From an uncultured Candidatus Binatia bacterium (GTDB taxonomy: Bacteria; Desulfobacterota; Binatia; UBA9968; JAJDTQ01): a stretch of DNA of 64,000 nt. This document shows, piece after piece, positions 1 through 10,628 of the stretch. The stretch spans positions 2,720,001 to 2,784,000 of the forward strand of contig OZ243916.1 of the NCBI GenBank assembly GCA_965213675.1, written 5' to 3'. The stretch's first letter is position 1. Each line of letters begins with the position of its first letter. A model generated the notes under the pieces. That model searched no databases. It was not told where the DNA came from and worked only from the letters and a program-made list of their open reading frames with translations. The position numbers and the translations under genes were made by a program.

Positions 1-12
1 GGGAGGTTTGAC

Positions 13-819
13 ATGCCAACACTCAACGTCGGCGACGCCGACATCTACTACGAGGTCCAGGGCGACGGACCTCCATTCGTCTTCATCTCTGAAACCGCGT
101 GCGACGGCGATGTCTGGAACATCTTCCAGGTGCCCGAGTTCTCGCGCGATCACCGCACCATCATCACGGACTTCCGCGGCACCGGACGTTCGACGCGGAC
201 ACCCATGCGTTACACCACGCGCATGTTCGCTGACGACATCGCGGCGGTGATGGACCACCTCGGCGCCACCGGGGCCATCGTGTGCGGTCATTCCATGGGC
301 GGAAGGGTGGCGCAGTTGCTCGCGCTGGAACACCCCGAGCGGGTGACGAAGCTGATCCTCGCCTCGTCGGGCGCATCGCACCCCGGCGCCCGCGGGATTC
401 CGCTGCGCATCGCTACGGAAATGGTGGAGATGGGCTATGAGCAGTACGTGCGCGAGCACACCATCGAGGTGGGCTGGACCGAGCAGTACCAGAAGGACCA
501 CCCGGAAGAGATCGAACACTGCCTCCAGGTGCGCATGGCCAACCTGTCATCGGTGGAGTGCTATTTCCGGCACGTCATCGCGCGCCAGGAGCACGACACC
601 AGCGAGCGTCTGAGGGACATCCACATGCCGGCGCTGGTGCTGGTGGGCGAGGACGACCACGCGGTGGTGAGCGACATGTCGCACCGCAAAGGAGCAAATA
701 TCCTGGCAGAGGGCCTTCCTGACGCCAGGTTGGTGGTGCTGCCGGGAGAACGCCACAGCTACTTCTTCACGAACCCGGAGGCGGCGCACAAAGCCATCCG
801 CGAGTTCATCGGGGACTGA
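13..819 (+). CDS. alpha/beta hydrolase
   Basis: GHSMGG nucleophile elbow, DFRGTGRS, C-terminal His; GGAGG RBS. Confidence 0.9.
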   Translation: MPTLNVGDADIYYEVQGDGPPFVFISETACDGDVWNIFQVPEFSRDHRTIITDFRGTGRSTRTPMRYTTRMFADDIAAVMDHLGATGAIVCGHSMGGRVAQLLALEHPERVTKLILASSGASHPGARGIPLRIATEMVEMGYEQYVREHTIEVGWTEQYQKDHPEEIEHCLQVRMANLSSVECYFRHVIARQEHDTSERLRDIHMPALVLVGEDDHAVVSDMSHRKGANILAEGLPDARLVVLPGERHSYFFTNPEAAHKAIREFIGD

Positions 820-837
820 GGACAGATCGCCCGCGGT

Positions 838-987
838 CCTTCGGCTTCGCTCCGCGGCGCCAGTCGAAGGGTTCAGGACGAACGGTCAAGGGAACGGCGG
901 AAAGGACGAACCGTGAAGGGTCTACCGACCCCATTCACCGTTCGTCCTGAGCGTGGTGAAGCGTCAGCGGGGCGAAGTCGAAGGGCC
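838..987. repeat. intergenic palindromic repeat (CCCTTCGACTTCGC...CTCAGGACGAACGG type) between convergent genes
   Basis: TCAGGACGAACGG is inverted to CCGTTCGTCCTGA, and CCTTCGGCTTCGC to GCGAAGTCGAAGG. Confidence 0.7.
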
Positions 988-998
988 TGCCGCGATCG

Positions 999-2372
999 TC
1001 AGGAAGCGTGGCGCGCGGACAGGTCGTCGAGGCGGCCCTCCAGCCAGCGCGTGCTGACCTTGCCGCTGACGTAGTCGGGTTCGTCCATGACCGCCGCCAG
1101 AAACGGGAGGGTGGTGTCGATGCCGGCGGCGGCAAACTGAATGAGGCATTGCTTCATGCGCGCCACCGCCTGCTCACGGTCGCCGGCATGCACGATAAGT
1201 TTGGCGAGCAGGGAATCGTAGAAGGGCGGAACCCGATAACCCGGAAAGCACTGGGTGTCCACCCGTATGCCCGGCCCTCGGGGCGGACTCCACTCGGTGA
1301 GCACACCCGGACACGGCCGGAACCCCTGCCACGGCGCCTCCGCGGTGATGCGGCATTCGATGGCGTGTCCGTTGAAGCGAACATCCTCCTGGGTGAAGGA
1401 CAAACGCTCGCCCCCGGCCACGCGGATCTGCTCGCGCACCAAGTCGATCCCCGTGATCATCTCGGTGACCGGGTGCTCCACCTGGATACGCGTGTTCATC
1501 TCCAGAAAGAAGAAATCCTGGCGGTCCTCGTCGTAGATGAACTCCACGGTGCCGGCATTCTCGTACTTGATCTCCCTGGCGACCTTGTGACCGGCCGCGC
1601 GGATGCGTTCCCGCAATTCGTCGGGGATGCACGCCGCCGGCGCTTCCTCCACCACCTTCTGGTAGCGGCGCTGCAGCGAACAGTCGCGCTCGCCCACGTG
1701 CACCACGTTGCCGAAACGGTCGCCGATGACCTGCACCTCAATGTGCCGTGCGTTGGGGATGTAACGCTCCATGTAGAGCGTGGGATCGCCGAAGGCCGCC
1801 CGGGCCTCGGCCGCCGCGGTCTCGAAGGCAGTCTGGAGTTCGCCCTCCTCCCGGACGATCTTGATGCCCTTGCCGCCCCCTCCGGCCGCGGCCTTGAGAA
1901 GCACCGGATAGCCCACTTCCGCGGCCACCCGGGCCGCGTCCACAAAGTCGCGTACGTTGTCGGAGCCGGGCACCAGCGGGATCCCGAAGGCCCCGACCGT
2001 GGCCCGGGCCAGCAGCTTGTTGCCCATCTGGCGGATGCTGTCGGCGCGCGGCCCCACGAAGGTGATGCCATGCCTGGCGCACGCCTCGGCCAACTCCGAC
2101 TTCTCGGCCAGGAAGCCGTAGCCCGGATGAAGGGCGTCGCAACCCGTTCCCAGGGCCGTGGCCACCAGCGCCTCGACCTTGAGGTAGCTCTCTGTGGAAC
2201 GGGCGGGACCGATGCAAACGGTGCGGTTCGCGAGCCGGGCCGGCATGCTGTCCCGGTCGGCCTCCGAAACCACCGCCACGGTCTCGACGCCCAGGGACTG
2301 GCAGGCCCGGATGATGCGAACCGCTATCTCGCCCCGGTTGGCGACAAGGAGACGGCTAACGGCCACGGGCAC
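999..2372 (-). CDS. accC: biotin carboxylase
   Basis: LVANRGEIA, HPGYGFLAE, ERDCSLQRR, FLEMNTRIQVEHPVTE. Confidence 0.95.
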   Translation of the reverse strand: MPVAVSRLLVANRGEIAVRIIRACQSLGVETVAVVSEADRDSMPARLANRTVCIGPARSTESYLKVEALVATALGTGCDALHPGYGFLAEKSELAEACARHGITFVGPRADSIRQMGNKLLARATVGAFGIPLVPGSDNVRDFVDAARVAAEVGYPVLLKAAAGGGGKGIKIVREEGELQTAFETAAAEARAAFGDPTLYMERYIPNARHIEVQVIGDRFGNVVHVGERDCSLQRRYQKVVEEAPAACIPDELRERIRAAGHKVAREIKYENAGTVEFIYDEDRQDFFFLEMNTRIQVEHPVTEMITGIDLVREQIRVAGGERLSFTQEDVRFNGHAIECRITAEAPWQGFRPCPGVLTEWSPPRGPGIRVDTQCFPGYRVPPFYDSLLAKLIVHAGDREQAVARMKQCLIQFAAAGIDTTLPFLAAVMDEPDYVSGKVSTRWLEGRLDDLSARHAS

Positions 2373-2380
2373 AACCTTCG

Positions 2381-2872
2381 CTAGGCATCCGGCCGCACCA
2401 GGAACAGGGTCTGGCCGTGCTCGACGAACTCACCGCTCTCGACGCAGACCTCGTCGATGGTTCCGGCGGCGCCCGAGCTCACGGCATTGAAGACCTTCAT
2501 GACCTCCACGAGACCCACGGTGGTCTCGGCGTCCACGTGGTCGCCGAGCTTCACGAACGGCGGCGCGCCCGGCTCAGGCGTGGCGTAGAAGGTGCCGACC
2601 ATGGGCGCGGTGATGGGAACGGTGCCCTCCTTGGCGGTCACCGCCGGGGCCGCGGGCGCGCTTTCCGGCGCCGGCGCGGGGGCTACCGGCGCCTCAGCCG
2701 CGGGAGTCGCTGCCGGGGCCGGCGCGGCCTGGGTCACACTGACGGCCGCGGGCAAGGCGGGCAGGCCCGTTTTGCTGACCGTGAGCTTCAGGTCGCCGAT
2801 CTCCAGGTCGAGATAGTCGAAGTTCGATTTCTCCACCAAGTCCAGAATCTGCAGTACTTCATCTTCGGTCAA
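2381..2872 (-). CDS. accB: biotin carboxyl carrier protein
   Basis: EVMKV biotinylation motif, Ala/Pro linker; TTG start at 2872 after GAGG chosen over the ORF-track start. Confidence 0.9.
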   Translation of the reverse strand: MTEDEVLQILDLVEKSNFDYLDLEIGDLKLTVSKTGLPALPAAVSVTQAAPAPAATPAAEAPVAPAPAPESAPAAPAVTAKEGTVPITAPMVGTFYATPEPGAPPFVKLGDHVDAETTVGLVEVMKVFNAVSSGAAGTIDEVCVESGEFVEHGQTLFLVRPDA

Positions 2873-3100
2873 TGGGGTGTCCTCTCTTCCTGTTTCGCAG
2901 CGTTTCCGGCGACCGCCGTGGCGGGCGTAAAGACGCGAAGACCCTGAATTCGCGGCTATTGTTACCAAGAATCGGAAACGCGCGTCAACCACGTCCATCC
3001 TCTCCTGAATCGGCCTGGACTCGCCATTCGAGACATACTATTCTGACTCTGCATCGGCGGTGGACGCCGAACAGACACTGTCATCTCAGGAGGGAAAGTC

Positions 3101-3760
3101 ATGGGAGAGACGATCACGTTCAAGCGGCCGGACGGCAAGGAGGCATCGGGATACTACGCGGCGGCGGGCGGCAACGCACCCGGCGTGGTGGTGATCCAGG
3201 AGTGGTGGGGCGTCAACGACCAGATCCGAGGCGTAGCCGACAAGCTGGCCGGGTTGGGGTACAACTCGCTGGTGCCGGACCTCTACCGGGGCAAGGTGAC
3301 GGTGGAAGCGGAGGAAGCCAGCCACATGATGCAAAACCTGGACTTCGCCGATGCCAACGTCGACGTGTGCAGCGCGGCGGAGCACCTGAAGCAGAGCTGC
3401 CCCAAGGTGGGAGTCATCGGATTCTGCATGGGCGGCGCCCTGACGGTGCTGGCGGCGGTGTACTCCAAGGCGGCGGACGCGGCCTGCTGCTGGTACGGCG
3501 TTCCCCCGGCCGAAGCGGCCGACACGCGCACCATCTCGATACCGTTCCAGGGCCACTTCGCGCTGGAGGACGGGTTCTTCACGCCGGATCAGGTGGACGC
3601 CCTCGAAGTGCGCCTCAAGGAAGGCAACGTCACCCACGACATCTACCGCTACCAGGCGAAACACGCCTTCGGCAACGAGACCGGGGGCAACTACGACGCC
3701 GAGGCCTGCAAACTGGCGTGGGACCGGAGCACGGAGTTCCTGGCCCGAAGCCTCAAGTAG
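3101..3760 (+). CDS. dienelactone hydrolase family protein
   Basis: IQEWWG, GFCMGG, HAF. Confidence 0.93.
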   Translation: MGETITFKRPDGKEASGYYAAAGGNAPGVVVIQEWWGVNDQIRGVADKLAGLGYNSLVPDLYRGKVTVEAEEASHMMQNLDFADANVDVCSAAEHLKQSCPKVGVIGFCMGGALTVLAAVYSKAADAACCWYGVPPAEAADTRTISIPFQGHFALEDGFFTPDQVDALEVRLKEGNVTHDIYRYQAKHAFGNETGGNYDAEACKLAWDRSTEFLARSLK

Positions 3761-3857
3761 CCGGCTTTTCCGCTGTTGACGGCTAGACACGGACGGCCTG
3801 CGTCCGCACGCCGGATGCAGGCCGTCGGTTTCCCGTCACGACGACCAGGAGACGGCC

Positions 3858-4949
3858 ATGGCAAATTTCCCGATCATCGACGCCGACGGTCACGTGCAGG
3901 AAAAGTTCGCCCCCTGGGAGGACCTGCTGGAGGGGCGTTACAAGAAGAAGGCGCCCCGGGTGGTCAAGGCCGACGGCCGCGAGCAACTGCTCATGGAGGG
4001 CCGCATCTGGGCCAAGCCCTCGGGGGTGGGCTGCGGCATCGGCGCCGTGCCCCACAACCGCTCGCCGCAGCCCACCACCGGCATGTGGGACCCGGTGCAG
4101 CGGCTCAAGGACATGGACCTTGAGCAGATCACGACCTCGGTCAACTTCGGCACCACGGTGTTCCTGAGCCTGCCGTTCCTGGAAGACAAGGACTACGCCT
4201 GCGCCGTCGCCAAGGCCTACAACAACTGGCTCCACGAGTACTGCCAACATGCGCCGGAACGGCTCAAGGGCGTGGCCTGCGTGCCCATGCAGGATCCGGC
4301 GGAGGCCGCCGCCGAGTTGCGGCGTTGCGTCCAGGACCTCGGCTTCGTGGCCGCAGCCACCTCGGCCCACTCCGCCGGGCGCAACCTCGACCATCCCGAC
4401 TTCGACCCGTTCTACGCCACGGCCGAGAAGCTGGGCGTGCCCGTGTGCGTCCACGTGGGCTCGGGCCGGCCGGCGGCCGCCGCCGACCGCTTCGACAACG
4501 CGCTGTTCGTGCACGCCACCACCCATCCCTTCGAGCAGATGATCGGCGTCATGTGCGTGATCGGCGGCGGCGTGCTGGAGAAGTTCCCGAAGCTCAAGGT
4601 GGCGTTTCTGGAAGCCGGCGCCGGCTGGGTGCCGTTCTGGATGGAGCGGCTGGACGAGCACTACGAGTACATGCAGGCCGCCGTGCCGCTGCTGACCATG
4701 CCCCCCAGCGAGTACATCCGGCAGCGGGACGTCTATTTCTCCTTCGAGCCCGACGAGACCACTCTGCCCTACGTCATGGACTTCATCGGCGACGACCGGC
4801 TGGTGTTCGCCTCGGACTACAACCACGGCGACTGCAAGTTCCCCAACGTGGTGAAGGAGGTGCTGGACCGGGACGACATCGCCTCGGACTCGCTGCCCAA
4901 GATCATGGGAGAGAACGCGCGGCGGCTTTACAACATTGCGCCCAACTAG
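3858..4949 (+). CDS. amidohydrolase_2 family protein
   Basis: DADGH metal motif, LEAGAGWVP, FASDYNH. Confidence 0.9.
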   Translation: MANFPIIDADGHVQEKFAPWEDLLEGRYKKKAPRVVKADGREQLLMEGRIWAKPSGVGCGIGAVPHNRSPQPTTGMWDPVQRLKDMDLEQITTSVNFGTTVFLSLPFLEDKDYACAVAKAYNNWLHEYCQHAPERLKGVACVPMQDPAEAAAELRRCVQDLGFVAAATSAHSAGRNLDHPDFDPFYATAEKLGVPVCVHVGSGRPAAAADRFDNALFVHATTHPFEQMIGVMCVIGGGVLEKFPKLKVAFLEAGAGWVPFWMERLDEHYEYMQAAVPLLTMPPSEYIRQRDVYFSFEPDETTLPYVMDFIGDDRLVFASDYNHGDCKFPNVVKEVLDRDDIASDSLPKIMGENARRLYNIAPN

Positions 4950-4988
4950 GCCTCGAGCGGGTGGGAAACCCATAGACGGAGACAAGCC

Positions 4989-6008
4989 ATGACCCCGAGA
5001 ACCATCGACGCGGACGCCCATGTCGTCGAAACACCGTTTACTTGGGAGTTCATGACCGAGCAGGAACGCGCCCACGCGCCATTCGCGGTCAAGCAGGAAG
5101 GCGGCCCCGAGTACTGGGTGGTGGACAACCGGCTGCACGTCAAGAACAACAACATCGGCCCCAACACCTCCGCCGACCAGCGCGAGATGCGCGATATCGA
5201 CGCCCGGGTCAAGCACATGGACGAGTTGGAAGTGGACGTGCAGGTGCTCTACCCCACGCTGATGCTGCGCCCCTGCACCCAGAACCGGCTCACCGAGCTG
5301 GCCATGTGCAAGAGCTACAACCGCTGGCTGGCGGAAGTCTGGAAGAAGGGCCAAGGCCGGCTGCGATGGGTGTGCATGCCGCCCCTGCTATCCATGGACG
5401 CGCTGCGCGGAGAGCTGGAATTCGCCAGGGACAACGGCGCCTGCGGCATCTTCATGCGCGGGGTCGAGCACGAGAAGCGCCTGAGCAACCCCGAGCTGTT
5501 CCCGCTCTACGAGATCGCCACCGAGCTGGACCTCCCCATCTGCGTCCACGCCGGCACCAACAGCACCGCCATCCACGACCTCTACGAAGGCGAGACCGGC
5601 TTCTCGCGCTTCAAGCTGCCGGTGGTGGGGACATTCCACTCGCTGCTCATGGACGGCACTCCGGCGCTGTTCCCCAAGCTGCGCTGGGGCTTCGTGGAGG
5701 TGAGCGCCCAGTGGGTGCCCTACGCCCTGAACGACCTCCGGCTCCGCCTGCAGAAGTTCGGGAGGCCCATCCCCGACAACATCATGGCCGAGAACCACAT
5801 GTACGTGGCCTGCCAGACCACCGACGACCTGCCCGTGATCCTCAAGGACGCGGGCGAGGACAACCTCGTCATCGGCACCGACTACGGCCACAACGACACC
5901 TCCAGCCAGATCGAGGCGCTGCGCATGCTCCGCACCGACGGCTCGGTGCCGGCCGCCATCGTCGACAAGATCCTCGGCGACAACGCGCGGGCGCTTTACG
6001 GGCTGTAG
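4989..6008 (+). CDS. amidohydrolase_2 family protein
   Basis: DADAH, GTDYGH, NARALYGL. Confidence 0.9.
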   Translation: MTPRTIDADAHVVETPFTWEFMTEQERAHAPFAVKQEGGPEYWVVDNRLHVKNNNIGPNTSADQREMRDIDARVKHMDELEVDVQVLYPTLMLRPCTQNRLTELAMCKSYNRWLAEVWKKGQGRLRWVCMPPLLSMDALRGELEFARDNGACGIFMRGVEHEKRLSNPELFPLYEIATELDLPICVHAGTNSTAIHDLYEGETGFSRFKLPVVGTFHSLLMDGTPALFPKLRWGFVEVSAQWVPYALNDLRLRLQKFGRPIPDNIMAENHMYVACQTTDDLPVILKDAGEDNLVIGTDYGHNDTSSQIEALRMLRTDGSVPAAIVDKILGDNARALYGL

Positions 6009-6026
6009 GCAGGGCGGCCGGCCCGT

Positions 6027-6656
6027 CTACTCCCAGGGCGGCGGGGTGCCCCACTCCTCGTAGTAGGTAGTCTCGGAGGTGGGGCGGCGCGTGGTCGTTC
6101 CGAACCGGCCCTCGGGATAGCCCAGCGGGATGCAGCAGTGGACCTGGGCTTCCGCCGGAATCCTGAACAGCTCGTGGATCCGGTCGGTGACGCAGGCATG
6201 GAGGGTGGTCAAGACCGACCCGATACCCAGCGCCCGCGCCGCCAGCATCAGGTTCTGCACCGCGGGAAGGACCGAGCTGGCCTGTCCTTGAGACGTGGAG
6301 ACCGCCAGCACCACCAGCGGAACCTCCTTCATCGCGTCCGCCAGGCGCATGGCCGAGAGATGCAGATCCCCCTCCGGAACGCCTTCCGGAGTCCAGCCGG
6401 CGGGCCGCTTCGCCCACCACGCCTCACGATACAGCTCCCCGAACCTGCGGATCCTGTCCCGGTCCCGCACCACCAGAAACCGCCCGCTCTGCTCGTTTCG
6501 CGAACTGGGCGCCTTGGACGCCGCGTCCATCAGCGTCTTGAGGTCTCCGTCGCTGATGGGGTCCGGTTTCAGCCTGCGGATGGCCCGCTGGGTGAACATG
6601 GCCTCCCCGAGGCTCATTTCGAGCCGCGCGGGGGGTTCGAGTTTCACCATCGTCAT
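6027..6656 (-). CDS. nitroreductase family protein
   Basis: QRAIRR, APS..N.Q, QNLMLAARALGIGS, IPLGYP; the ORF-track upstream extension runs through a repeat. Confidence 0.9.
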   Translation of the reverse strand: MTMVKLEPPARLEMSLGEAMFTQRAIRRLKPDPISDGDLKTLMDAASKAPSSRNEQSGRFLVVRDRDRIRRFGELYREAWWAKRPAGWTPEGVPEGDLHLSAMRLADAMKEVPLVVLAVSTSQGQASSVLPAVQNLMLAARALGIGSVLTTLHACVTDRIHELFRIPAEAQVHCCIPLGYPEGRFGTTTRRPTSETTYYEEWGTPPPWE

Positions 6657-6692
6657 TGCTTCGGTCCTTTCCTGGTTGCCCCTTTCGCCGCC

Positions 6693-6746
6693 CCTGGATT
6701 CCCGCTTCCGCGGGAATGACGGAGGGGGCGGGAATGACGGAGGGGA
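6693..6746. repeat. GTCATTCCCGC...GCGGGAATCCAG palindromic repeat family, copy
   Basis: CTGGATTCCCGCTTCCGCGGGAATGACGG plus a tandem partial unit. Confidence 0.8.
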
Positions 6747-6788
6747 CGTGCCCCCCAAGGGGACGTGAATGACGGAGGGCGCGAAATA

Positions 6789-7649
6789 CTAACGCCCCGT
6801 CAACTCCCGCGCTCTGTTGAGCACTTCGAAGGAGCGCGGCGCGCCAGGCATGAGGAAGCGGAAACCCGCCTCCACCAGCCGCTCCAGGTTGCCGGCGCTG
6901 GGATGCGGGTGGCCGCAGGGGACGTCGTGTTCCTTGCAGATGTCCAGGATCCGGTTGATGTGGTCGGCCACCACCGGATGGTCGTAGTCGCGCGGGTGAC
7001 CCAGTTCCTGGCTCAGGTCCCCTTCCCCGATCAGCACCACGCCGATGCCCGGCACCTCCTTGAGCATCGCCGGCAGGTTCTCGATGGCGCGGACCTCCTC
7101 GCACTGGATCACCACCAGGATCTCACCGTCCGGCGCCAGCGGCCACACGTCCGCGCGCTTGTAGTATTCCTGCTGCGTGAGCCCCCAGTAGCGGGCGGCG
7201 CGGGTGGGCGCGTCGCCGCGGATGCCCGGCGGATCGTAGAGCGGCTCGGCCGAGAGCCGCGGATAGCGGCACGCCGACACCGCGTTGCGCGCCTCCTCCA
7301 CCGAGCTGATGTGGGGGAAGATGATGCCATAGACGCCGATGTCCAGCACCTGCTTGGCCAGCCACTGGTTCATCTCGTTGCCGTTGGGCGGGATCCGCAC
7401 CATGGGCGTCACCGCGGGGCCGAGGGTGCCGCCGTCCACCAACTGCCGCCGGTCCAGCATGTACTGCAACGAGTGCCTCAAGCCCGGGATGTCCAGGGGC
7501 GCGTGCTCCATCTCGAAAGCCACGCCGTCAAGCTTCGCGCCGGCCATGGCGATGGCGGTTTCGATATCGTTGGAGGTGAAGCTCACGAAGGCCGTCTTGC
7601 CTTCCTCCAGCGCCTTGATGACACCGTTGAGACGTGGGATTGCGGCCAT
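6789..7649 (-). CDS. HpcH/HpaI aldolase family protein
   Basis: EMEH, PMVRIP, LDIGVYGIIFP, IGEGDLS. Confidence 0.9.
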   Translation of the reverse strand: MAAIPRLNGVIKALEEGKTAFVSFTSNDIETAIAMAGAKLDGVAFEMEHAPLDIPGLRHSLQYMLDRRQLVDGGTLGPAVTPMVRIPPNGNEMNQWLAKQVLDIGVYGIIFPHISSVEEARNAVSACRYPRLSAEPLYDPPGIRGDAPTRAARYWGLTQQEYYKRADVWPLAPDGEILVVIQCEEVRAIENLPAMLKEVPGIGVVLIGEGDLSQELGHPRDYDHPVVADHINRILDICKEHDVPCGHPHPSAGNLERLVEAGFRFLMPGAPRSFEVLNRARELTGR

Positions 7650-7828
7650 GTGTCGCTCCTTGAGGGTTCCGGTACCGGCGAAAGCGCCGGCTTCTGCCGT
7701 CCTTTGCGGACCCGGTCGGCCTAAGCCTATAGCCGGTCCTACCGGGCTTTGCTAGTGTAGTGTCCTGTTCCTGCAGGCACTGCCGTTCTGCACCGGACGG
7801 CACATGGACTCCCTGGAGGTTTACCCCC

Positions 7829-8815
7829 GTGATCATCGACGCTCACGCACATTTCACCACGGCGCCGGCAAAACTTCAGTCCTTTCGCGCCCGCCAGATC
7901 GTCAACCAGGCGCGTCCGACGCCCGCCAACCTCAACGTCAGCGACGAAGAGCTGGAGCAGTCCATGCGCTCGCAGTTCAAAAGGATGGCCGATACCGGCA
8001 TCGACCGCCTGCTGTTCTCGCCCCAGGCCTCGGCCATGGGGCACCACTTCGGTTCCGAGCTCATCAGCCGCTACTGGAGCGAGGCGTGCAACGACCTCAT
8101 CGCCCGCGTCGCCAAACTGTGGCCCGACAAGGTCTCTCCGGTGTGCCAGCTTCCGCAGTCGCCGGGTGTCGACCCAAAGAGCTGGGTGGAGGAGCTGGAG
8201 CGCTGCGTCAAGGAACAGGACTTCATCGCCTGCAACATCAACCCCGACCTGTGCAGCGGACGCGAGCCCTGGACGCCGTCGCTGGGGGACGAGTGGTGGT
8301 ACCCCCTGTGGGAAAAGATGGTGGAGCTGGACATACCGGGGACCATCCACGCCAGCGCGTCCCTGAACCCGGCCTTCCACACCACCAGCTCGTACTACAT
8401 CGGGCAGCACCACAACGGCGCCGTGGAGCTGCTGAGCTCGCGCGTGTTCCAGGACTTCCCCAAGCTCAAGATCGTCATCCCCCACGGCGGCGGCGCCGTG
8501 CCCTACCAGTGGAACCGCCACCGGGGCATGCACGTGAAGGAAGGCCTGGAGCCCTTCGAGGAGGCGGCCCGTCGGGTCTACTGGGACATGGCCATCTACG
8601 ACGCCGAGGGCATGGAGCTGCTGATCAAGCGGGTCGGGGCCGACCGCGTGCTGTTCGCCACCGAGATGTTCGGCGCGGTGAACGCCACCGACCCCCAGAC
8701 CGGGCGCAACTTCGAGGAAGTGGTGCCCATCTTCGAGTCGGTCCCGGGCCTGAGCGACGAGGACCGCTACAACATCACCGAGGGCAACGCCAGGCGGCTC
8801 TATGGACTATCGTAG
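7829..8815 (+). CDS. amidohydrolase, 4-oxalomesaconate hydratase (LigJ)-like
   Basis: IIDAHAHFTTAP, CQLPQSPG, NINPD, PHGGGAVPY, LFATEM; GTG start after GGAGG. Confidence 0.8.
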   Translation: MIIDAHAHFTTAPAKLQSFRARQIVNQARPTPANLNVSDEELEQSMRSQFKRMADTGIDRLLFSPQASAMGHHFGSELISRYWSEACNDLIARVAKLWPDKVSPVCQLPQSPGVDPKSWVEELERCVKEQDFIACNINPDLCSGREPWTPSLGDEWWYPLWEKMVELDIPGTIHASASLNPAFHTTSSYYIGQHHNGAVELLSSRVFQDFPKLKIVIPHGGGAVPYQWNRHRGMHVKEGLEPFEEAARRVYWDMAIYDAEGMELLIKRVGADRVLFATEMFGAVNATDPQTGRNFEEVVPIFESVPGLSDEDRYNITEGNARRLYGLS

Positions 8816-8895
8816 GTGAACCAGAACGGCCCTGCCCGGCCACGGCGGCGCAACCGCCCCGACAGCCCTTGGGCGGGCGGGGCGACGGAGACATC

Positions 8896-10005
8896 ATGAT
8901 CGACTTTCTCTTCCCCAACCACGTCATGGGCACGCATACCCTTCGACTCGTGGCCGAATCCCAGCAGGGGGGCGGCGACGTCTTCGACATCGCGCGGCTG
9001 TGCCGGGACATCGAGCCCGGCGACAAGAAGGGCTGGGAGCGCGCCTGGCTCGACATGGCCCGGCGGACCGAGGACTTGGCCCGGGAGGCGCTGTCCAAGG
9101 GCCACGAACACACCGCCATGCAGTTCTTCTTCCACGCGAACCAGTACTACCGCATGTCCGACACGCTTCTCACCATCGAGGAGAACGATGTCAGGGCGGA
9201 GCGGTTCAAGATGTGCCAGGCGAACTTCCGCGCGGCCGCGGCGCTGCATAAGCCGCCCGTGGAGGTGATCACCGTGCGCTGCGGCGACGAGGAGTACGAC
9301 GGCTACTTCTGCCACCCCAAGTACCCGGCCTCCGGCCAGTGGCCCGCGGTCTTCCTCATCGGCGGCGCCGACGCCTTCGCCGAGGAGATCTTCTTCAGCG
9401 GCCGGCAGGTGCTGGAGTACGGCTGGGCGCTGCTGCTGGTGGACACCCCCGGACGGGGCTCGTCCATGTACGTCAAGGGCATTACCACGCGGCCGGACTA
9501 CGAAGTGCCCGCCAAGGCGTGCATCGACTACCTGGTATCGCGGCCGGAGGTGGACCCGGACCGCATCGGCCTCATCGGCATCAGCATGGCCGGCTACTAC
9601 GCGCCCCGTCTCGCCGCCTTCGACCCGCGCATCAAGGCGCTGGTGGGCTGGAGCGGCTGCTACAGCGTGCTGGACGACCTCTACGACTTCTGCGAACACC
9701 TCCAGCCGGTGGTGCAGCGGCTGCTGGGCGGAGTGACCGACGAAGTGGCCCGGGAGCGCCTCAAGGATTTCACCATGGAAGGCGTGGCGCAGAACATCAC
9801 CTGCCCGACGCTCATCACCCACGGCGCCGCCGACCGGCTGATGCGCCTGGAGGGCGCCAAGCGCCTGTACGACGAGGTCGGCAGCGAGGACAAGACCCTC
9901 CAGATCTATGAAGACGTCCAGAGCGGCGGCGCCATCCATTGCAGCCACGACTACTGGGGGCACAACGTGCCCTTCATGCTGGACTGGATGCAGGACCGGC
10001 TCTAA
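8896..10005 (+). CDS. alpha/beta hydrolase, FrsA / 2,6-dihydroxypseudooxynicotine hydrolase-like
   Basis: GGAD, DTPGRG, GISMAGYYAPR, HC near the C-terminus. Confidence 0.85.
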   Translation: MIDFLFPNHVMGTHTLRLVAESQQGGGDVFDIARLCRDIEPGDKKGWERAWLDMARRTEDLAREALSKGHEHTAMQFFFHANQYYRMSDTLLTIEENDVRAERFKMCQANFRAAAALHKPPVEVITVRCGDEEYDGYFCHPKYPASGQWPAVFLIGGADAFAEEIFFSGRQVLEYGWALLLVDTPGRGSSMYVKGITTRPDYEVPAKACIDYLVSRPEVDPDRIGLIGISMAGYYAPRLAAFDPRIKALVGWSGCYSVLDDLYDFCEHLQPVVQRLLGGVTDEVARERLKDFTMEGVAQNITCPTLITHGAADRLMRLEGAKRLYDEVGSEDKTLQIYEDVQSGGAIHCSHDYWGHNVPFMLDWMQDRL

Positions 10006-10081
10006 CCCACCGGAAAACGGACACTATTTCTCTGGGGTGCACAGAGTCCAAGGTATGACCCCAACAGATCAAGGAGACGTC

Positions 10082-10606
10082 ATGGCCAAGGGATCGGTTG
10101 TGTCGATACAGATCGCGAAGGACGCCAAGGGCGACATGGAGAGTCTTCAGGAGGTCCTCGCGATAGAAGGCCAGGGCCTTGAAGGAGACCGCTACTGCAA
10201 ACAGGTGGGCAGCTACTCGCACAACCCGGGTCCGGACCGGGAGGTGACGCTCATCGAGGCGGAAGCGCTCGAGGCCATGGAGCGGGACTACGGCACCACG
10301 CTGGACCCCAAGGACAGCCGTCGCAACATCACCACCCGCGGCGTTCCCCTCAACCACCTGGTGCTGGGCCGGGAGTTCTCGGTGGGTGAGGTACGGATGC
10401 GCGGGCTGCGCGTGTGCGAACCCTGCGTCAACCTCGTCAAGCTCACGGGCAAGAACGTGATGCAGGGGTTGGTCCACCGGGGCGGCGTGCGCGCCCAGGT
10501 GCTCAACAGCGGCACCATCCGCGTCGGCGACACCGTGGAATGGGACACCGAAGGCGCCTACGCGCCGGACCTCCCGGGCACCACGAGAAGAACCGCCGCA
10601 GGGTAG
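10082..10606 (+). CDS. MOSC domain protein
   Basis: GLEGDRY, RRNITTRG, CEPC, RGGVRAQV. Confidence 0.9.
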   Translation: MAKGSVVSIQIAKDAKGDMESLQEVLAIEGQGLEGDRYCKQVGSYSHNPGPDREVTLIEAEALEAMERDYGTTLDPKDSRRNITTRGVPLNHLVLGREFSVGEVRMRGLRVCEPCVNLVKLTGKNVMQGLVHRGGVRAQVLNSGTIRVGDTVEWDTEGAYAPDLPGTTRRTAAG

Positions 10607-10628
10607 CGGTACTCAAGCCCCGGACCCG

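Noticed and set aside
7804-8895. 733-aa ORF suggesting a fusion
   Set aside because: The N-terminal part is an off-frame shadow of the LigJ-like gene; the real start is 8896 after GGAG.
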